In this document: piece after piece, positions 32,501 to 64,000 of the stretch | Numbering within the stretch: position 1 is the first letter of the stretch | How the letters are laid out: the number at the start of each line of letters is the position of its first letter | NCBI GenBank assembly: GCA_028534125.1 | Contig: CM052850.1 | Location: forward strand, 1,178,001-1,242,000 | Direction of reading: 5' to 3' | DNA length: 64,000 nucleotides | DNA from: Lama glama | Taxonomy: Eukaryota | Translations under genes and position numbers: made by a program | Notes under the pieces: generated by a model | What the model was told of the DNA's origin: nothing | The model's input: only the letters and a program-made list of their open reading frames with translations | Database searches by the model: none

Positions 32501-35099
32501 AGGAGTTCTGCCTTCTCTTCAACATCTGCTGATGTGACGCCACCCCCGGCAGTGACCCTCCCTGCTCCTCCTCTGTTGCGTTGTCCTTAGCGCTTCTTGC
32601 AGCCTCAGTGCATTCTGGCTTCAGCCTTCCCTGTGCTGGGCCTTTGAGCTCTGCCCAGCATTCGGATTCCTCCTTGGTCAGGAGCCGCATCCTCCATCAT
32701 TTGTGCATGTTTGGCCTCCGGAGAGAATTCCCTGGGGAGTCGCGTTGACTCAGCCTGTCTCTCATCTCTGGGATCCCTGTGGACCACGCGGTTATGTTTG
32801 GTTCTGAGACTCTCCCGTCTCTCCTTAGCAATCTATTGTTTCAGCCAAGCCAGGAGTCTTGGCCAGGGGCACATATCTAATTTTCACATTTTGCTAGCCA
32901 AAGCTTTTTTTTTATTTTTCAATTAAAAAAAATTTTTTGGCATACAACAAAACTAACTAGAACAAACTTAAGCAAACACTGAAATTTATTATAAGGGCCT
33001 ACAAATGTCCCTCAGAGGCTAAGGCTGGGCACTCAGGTGAGCCCTGGGGAAAACTGGAATCAGGGACGGGCTGGAAAGTTACTGAGTGTCCCTGTCTGTG
33101 TCCCTAGAGAAGCAGGGGGACAAGCACAACCTAATGGGCCTTACTCGTCATCCATCCATTCATTCATTCAGCAAATATTTATCCTGTGTCCAGACACCAT
33201 TTTAGTTGTTAGAGACACCACAGGGGAAGCAAAAGAGAATCTTTAAAAACTCTCTTTTCCTAAACGTGAAGTATGTTTCTGAGTCTCCTGCAACTCCCCC
33301 TCTTTCTTTTTATCGTGACGTGGTCAGTTTCCACTCCGTCTGCATCAGTCACCATCTCACTTACAGCAGCTTTTCCCCTTAGACACCCACTGACTGAGGA
33401 GCCTGCCTCCCTGAAGGAAGTGCGCCATGTGTGAAGAAGCACATAAATGAATTCTCCAGAGACCTGACCTTCCCAGAGAGAGCCGCCCGCGGAATATTTA
33501 AGCATGCCCAAGAGAGATGCAGACCGCATCCCCGACTCTGTGGCTAGATCACACTTAGTGGATGGATGCTACGGAGAGAAGACACAGGACTGAAATGGCC
33601 AGCTGCCTCCAAGAAGAGAAAATTGCAGCATGTGTAGGACTAGCATTAAATCAGATTAACCATACCTAGAAATAATTTTTAGGTCAGTGCATGTTTACCA
33701 AGTTTTGCTGTAAGTAGGATTGTTAGATGCTAGGTTTTGTGGGAAATGGAAAGAAGTGGAAAGCATGTTTTGTGCCCTCAGAGAGCTTGCGGCTAGCCAG
33801 ACAGATAAGGCAGGAAGCAGATAACGGAATAGAGAGTGCTTGTGTTTGGGGGGTTTGATTATAAATGCTATCGGAATTCAGAAAAGTGAAAATTGCTGAG
33901 ACTCGCTTAAGTCAGGAAGGGCTTCACGATGGAGATGTAGCTCAGCTGAGCTTTTAAGGATGGGCTGGATCCATGTGTGCAGAGAAAAGCCAAAGAGCAA
34001 TCTTGTGGTGATGAGCCCGTTCAGGGCTTCGATCATTATGTGTTCTTCATTAGGTTGTATCCTAGCTCATTTGTCAGACTTTTACCGAGTGCCCACCAGT
34101 GTAGGTGCTAGATATTGTGTGTATCAAGTTTCAGAGATGAAAATCGTCCTCGCCTCTAGTGGGCTTAATGTGAAGATCCTTTAAAAGAATAGGCATTATC
34201 AGGCCCTCATTTGGATAACAAGATGGGTATGTGTAACCAACCAAACGAAATCGTTACAGTGAGTTTAAAAGCACCTTCCGCAGCATGTATTTTGAGAGTC
34301 TACCAGACGACAGGCACAAAAGATGAAAATGGAAAAATCAGACACAGGTCCTGCACTCCAGGAGCTTACGGTCTAGCTGGGAAACAGCCACTGAAACAAA
34401 TAATGACAATTGTGTGTGATATTAACCAAGCCAGCTAGTCAAGGAAGGAGAAGCCTGGAGCCCTACAGTTGCGGTGGGCAAAGCCTAAGCCGGCCCCCAG
34501 AGACCCCTGTCCTTGTGTAATCCCCGCCCCTCGTGTGGGCAGGGACTGTGGCTTGCTTCTCACCCACAGAATGTGGCAAATGTGAAGGGGTTTTGCAGAA
34601 GTAATCAAGATTCCCTAAACAGCTGACTTTAATCAAAAAAAGAAATTATCATTCTCTTTCCCTTAAGACATGGCTTGATCTCAGCTGGCTCTCCTCATGG
34701 TCACAAGATAGCTGCCAATGCTCCAGGCATCTTAACAAACTGTCTGGGGAGAAGCAAGATTGTTCTTTCCCATATATCTTTTTTTTTTTAATCAGTAAGG
34801 AAGGGGGGAAAATATCTTTCCCAGAAATCCTAAGCAGATTTGCTCTGACGTCTTATTAACCAGAATTCTATCTCATACCTGCACCTATACCATTCATGCG
34901 CCATACCCCATTTCCTGGGGCATCATTGGGGTTCTATCTCCCCCAAAGCAAATGGCCTCCAGAGAATGGAGACTTGAACAGAAAGGGGCTTCTACCAGAA
35001 GCAAGAAGGAGAATGGAGGGTGGCGGGAAAGGTCATCTATTAACAGTGGCAGAGACCATTGTGATTAAAGACAGTAGTAGCACTGTCTCTGCACCGGGA

Positions 35100-36040
35100 A
35101 CAGAAACAGTCTCACAGATGATATACAATTACAAATTGTGACAAACACTGTGACCCGAGAGAAGTCTGTGCTCTGAGAGAGAGAGCAGGGTGATCACAGG
35201 GTGGCCAGGGATCAAGAAAAGCCACGCAGAGGAAGTGAGAGACGAGTAGGAGCCAGCCAGGCAGAGGGCTGAGGGAGGAGCATTCCAGGCGGAGGATGAC
35301 TTCAGAACAAGACAGGAGAGCGGTGCACAGTCACAGTGGACAGGAGTGGCGGGGGGAGATGGAGACGGGCGTGGGATGGGGGACGGGGGCAGGGTCCTCC
35401 CTGCACCGCAGGAAGGAGTTTGGGTTGTACCCTAAGAGCAATGGAAGGGCACTGAAGGTTTCAAAACAGGGGTATGATGTGATCGTCTTGTGTTTTTAGA
35501 AGATCCGTCTGGCTACTCTGTGACCAACAGATGGGTGAGTGGGAAGAGGTTAGGACACTAGACGTTCATCCACAAGTTGACGTTAGCTTGGGGGCAGGAG
35601 GGAAAGTGGACAGGATTGAATGTGGACAGCCTTGCTGGGTCTCTGGGGGATGCAGGGATGGGGCGGCCCCAGGACGTCCAGCCCCAGGTCGGGAGCCTGC
35701 TCCAGGGCTGAGACACATGTGCAGACACTGAACCCCACGCGGGCGTCCAGGGGAAGGCGGGATCCCGGGTCTGGGGGCTTGGGCGTGGGCGTGGGCCTGG
35801 TTTCAGCACAGCTTCTGAAAGGAGATGACATCTGAGCGGGTCGCCCACGGCAGTGCCGGGTGAGTTTGAAGGTGCAGACATGGAAGGGCGGCCCCGGGAG
35901 AGGGGGCAGCAGAGCGAAAGCGGAGAGATGGGAAGTGAAGGCCTGGAGGCAGAGGGACAGGCCGTAGAGCTTGCAGGGTTTGTGAAGGACGTTCTGGGAA
36001 ATAAGGCTGGAAGAGTGACGGGCATCAGTGTAAGGAGAGG
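35100..36040 (-). mobile_element. L2 fragment
   Basis: gagcattccaggcggagg...gtaccctaagagcaatggaagggcactgaaggtttcaaaacaggggtatgatgtgatc...gaagatccgtctggct. Confidence 0.65.
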
Positions 36041-36610
36041 TCTGTGTGGCAGACTAGGCTAATAAACAGGGCCCCCAAAAAAGTGTAAGTAAAGTCTAGT
36101 TTACCTACAAAACCACTTGGCTTTCCTAGGACATTGATTAAATGTGCTAGTTGAGTTTTAGGTATTTATTCTCTGGATGAGAGAACAGTACCTCTTCCCA
36201 CATCACTGCTACCTGCAGGTCATTTGCCAATGATTTCTAACTTCTTTTCAGAATATAACCCATCCCCATGTACCGAGTATGGGTGCTGGGGATCATAGAG
36301 TAAAAAGGCGTGGGCCCTCTCAAGGGGGTAAGAGTTTGGGCAGATGAGAAGAGAATGCCAACAAATAAACTTGTTTGGGAAGAAGTGGGACAGAGAAGGA
36401 GGTAGTTCTCTCTGCTACCTAGAGCGTGGAGCTAGATTTCAGACAGGTGGTGACATTTAACTGGGCTTTAAAGGATGAGTAGGAGTTTGCCAGGCAAAGA
36501 AGTGAGGTGGGAAGGCCTTCCAAACGCAGGGCATGGTCTGTGCAAAGGCACATGCTGGTCTTCTCAATTCCCACACCTTCAATCCTACGAGTGCTATAGA
36601 ATGAACATTT

Positions 36611-36760
36611 AATTTTTTAATTTCTTTTGTTTTGTTTGTTGGGGGAAGGTGATTAGGTTTATTTATTATTTTTTTAATTTAACAGAGGTACTGGGAGTTG
36701 AACCCATGACCTCGTGCATGCTAAGCATGCACTCTACCACTGAGCTATACCCTCCCCCCT
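36611..36760 (-). mobile_element. Young camelid tRNA-derived SINE with a perfect 14-bp TSD, about 1 kb upstream of the NCF2 ATG
   Basis: TSD TAGAATGAACATTT at 36597-36610 and 36761-36774. Intact A box TAGCTCAGTGG and B box GGTTCAACTCC. Confidence 0.92.
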
Positions 36761-37219
36761 TAGAATGAACATTTTAGTTGTATTTCCAGGCTTTTAGGGG
36801 AAGCTTGGTGATAATTGACAAATGCTTTGCAGTTGCTACAGAACAAGAGTTGGCATCTAAGTATTTGACCCCCAGAAGCATGCACATTACCTAATATTAA
36901 CAAGAAGTCAGGAGGTTAGTAAGTCAAATTGGTTATACCCTCCACTCCCTATTTTTCCCCTGGGAGGTTTTACTGATTTTTACTCTTCCAGGGCAATAGG
37001 GGAAGGAATCGTAAATCTGTGTTTTAGGCGGAGTAAACACATAAGTCATCAGTGAGATCCCTTGTCTCTTCAGTTTTTCACGGAAGGATGGGAGAAGTCA
37101 GAATTCACTGCCATAGTTGGCTCCTAACTTTCTCCTTTGCAGGAAATCAGTCCCTGCTGAGCTTCCTAACTGTTTACAAAAGTATCTCAGGCCAGATGGA
37201 CACCCAAGACCATCCTGTC

Positions 37220-62425
<25,206 letters not shown>

Positions 62426-62746
62426 GAGGTTTCACAGGAAAAGGAAGCACCACCACGTGCAAGACGCAGCACGGCTCTGCAGCATACTGCACAGACGTCA
62501 CCGTGTTGAGGTGCTAGCTCGCCTACTTCTCCCGGCTAACACTTGACCCATCAGACAATGACGTGAGATTCCCCTGGGGGCAGGGAGGGGTGGTGGCTGG
62601 AAGAGTCTGGAAGGGCATCAGGGAGCCCCGGGGGTGCTGATAATCTGCTTCCTGCTCTGAGTGCTGGCTACCAGATGGGTGCAGTTCGTGAAAATTCACC
62701 GAGTTGTACCCTGATAATTGGTACACTTCTCTGTATGTGATGCCTC

Positions 62747-62752
62747 AATAAA
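62747..62752 (+). terminator. NCF2: NCF2 poly(A) signal AATAAA, within an old sense L1M 3' end (about 62560-62768)
   Basis: First AATAAA after the stop codon; preceded by L1M-like gtgaaaattcaccgagttgtac...cacttctctgtatgtg. Confidence 0.65.
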
Positions 62753-63784
62753 AAATTTACAAAAACAAGACACCCCGAGTGCAGGCCCCAGACCTAAGTG
62801 TAAGTGCCCCTACTCCTGCACCATCACTGTCCCAGACACCCAGGGCCTGAGGGAACTTTAGGGGTGATTCAGAAGGTGTGCACACACACACAATTTTTTT
62901 TTTTTTTTTTTAGTTAAAATCCTCAATGCTTAAACAGAACCTACACTGGGTTAGGTGCCCCCGGAACATAGCTGCTAACCCCACAGAGAAGTAAAATACT
63001 AGAATCCCAGGCCCTCATGCCTCCTCAGGGAGGGACATTTGTTCAGGGCTCAATACTGAATCCACGCCACTGACAGGTAAGTGCGCCCATCCTGTCAGAT
63101 GACGTTTATAATACGTACTATAACGATGTACATAATAGATTGCTACGGCTTTATTTTGGTTATCATTTACCCAAACTACCTGGTTTTTCAGGGTTACCTT
63201 GGGTAAAAGATTCCATTAAATACTAGACCTTCAAAGACGTGGCCGCACTCCCCCTTTCTCTTACAGAATACACGAGGCATTGTGAACAGTGTGTCAAGGG
63301 TGTAGGTGCTTGTGGAAAGCAGAGCTAGGAAGTGAAGTGCAGGCTCAGTCAACATCAGGCGACAGGACAGCTGGTCGTCGTGCTGAACACGGACAGGCGG
63401 GCCGTGCCACTGGCTCCAGGCGCACCGCCAAGGCCCAGCGGGCTGCTGCTGGAAATTTGGGACACAACTCAAAGGAAACACAGCCCCAAAGCTAGGAACA
63501 CTAGTTACTACCTCTGAGTTGCCTTATTAACAGCAACAAAGGGGATAAAAACGCTGGGTTAGCCCACCTGCATAAGCCATCTATTTATTAAAAGAATTTT
63601 GCCAGTTTCTACCCACCCCTTTCCATAGTCATGCACACTGGTTTAGAATGCGACTAAAAGCAAAAACAACCCCGAAGTGTGTTCGATTCTTGACCATCTT
63701 TGCTTCCCCTAGATGACTCGTGAGCAGTTCAGGCTTTCATTTGGCTGGATTTTCTTTTAGGACAGAAGAACAACCTATACACAG

Positions 63785-64000
63785 GGCTGGTTGGAGAACG
63801 TGGTTTAATTAAAGGCAAAGCCGATTTCAGCAGCTGCAGGGCTTGCACAGACAGACCGAAACAAAACAAAAAACAAAAACAGAAACAAAGCACAGAAGAA
63901 AGTTTACTACACAAAACCAGCTTCCAGTGAAGAGCCTCCTCTCCTCCCCACTGCTCCACGCTGAAGGCTGCAGGGCGAGGGCTCCCGCCCCGAGCGTCAG
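63785..64000 (-). other. SMG7: Probable terminal 3' UTR of the convergent neighbour (SMG7 by human synteny)
   Basis: On the minus strand: U-rich tract (TTTTGTTTTTGTTTTTTGTTTTGTTT), ATTAAA at 63809-63804, then a GU-rich downstream element. The gene name rests only on the recalled tail-to-tail SMG7/NCF2 order; no coding sequence is present. Confidence 0.5.

Noticed and set aside
36685-36760. tRNA-Ala(AGC) genes (also at about 20.9, 25.2, 28.3 and 30.3 kb)
   Set aside because: They carry SINE tails, mutual divergence and (at 36.7 kb) a clear TSD; these are tRNA-derived SINEs, not tRNA genes.

Overview
Mammalian genomic DNA, most likely a camelid (alpaca or camel), judging by the tRNA-Ala-derived SINE family and the L1 3' ends; the species is an inference. 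The window is syntenic with human 1q25.3 and holds two complete, intact + strand genes. ARPC5 (Arp2/3 complex subunit 5) has 4 exons, CDS 3390-12210, 151 aa. NCF2 (p67phox of the phagocyte NADPH oxidase) has 15 coding exons, CDS 37761-62425, 524 aa. I resolved every exon to the base and the reading frames join without disruption. ARPC5 starts in a CpG-island promoter that looks bidirectional (RGL1 lies on the other side in human). The far right end probably carries the convergent 3' end of SMG7 (synteny inference only). ARPC5 intron 1 is a minor-spliceosome (U12) AT-AC intron with a second in-frame AC acceptor inside its own branch-point motif. Non-genic content includes a TMA7 processed pseudogene, a U6 snRNA retrocopy, five camelid-type SINEs, many L1/L2/MIR/MaLR/MER fragments and two N gaps. 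Several retrotransposition scars are unusually clean: an ORF1-only L1 with TSD, a poly(A)-only insertion, 3' transductions, a twin-primed inversion and an L1 nested in an L1. I found no evidence for a wholly new multi-gene system. The best leads concern splicing, cis-regulation and retrotransposition. Repeat family names come from recalled consensus sequences, not a database search, and their boundaries are approximate.
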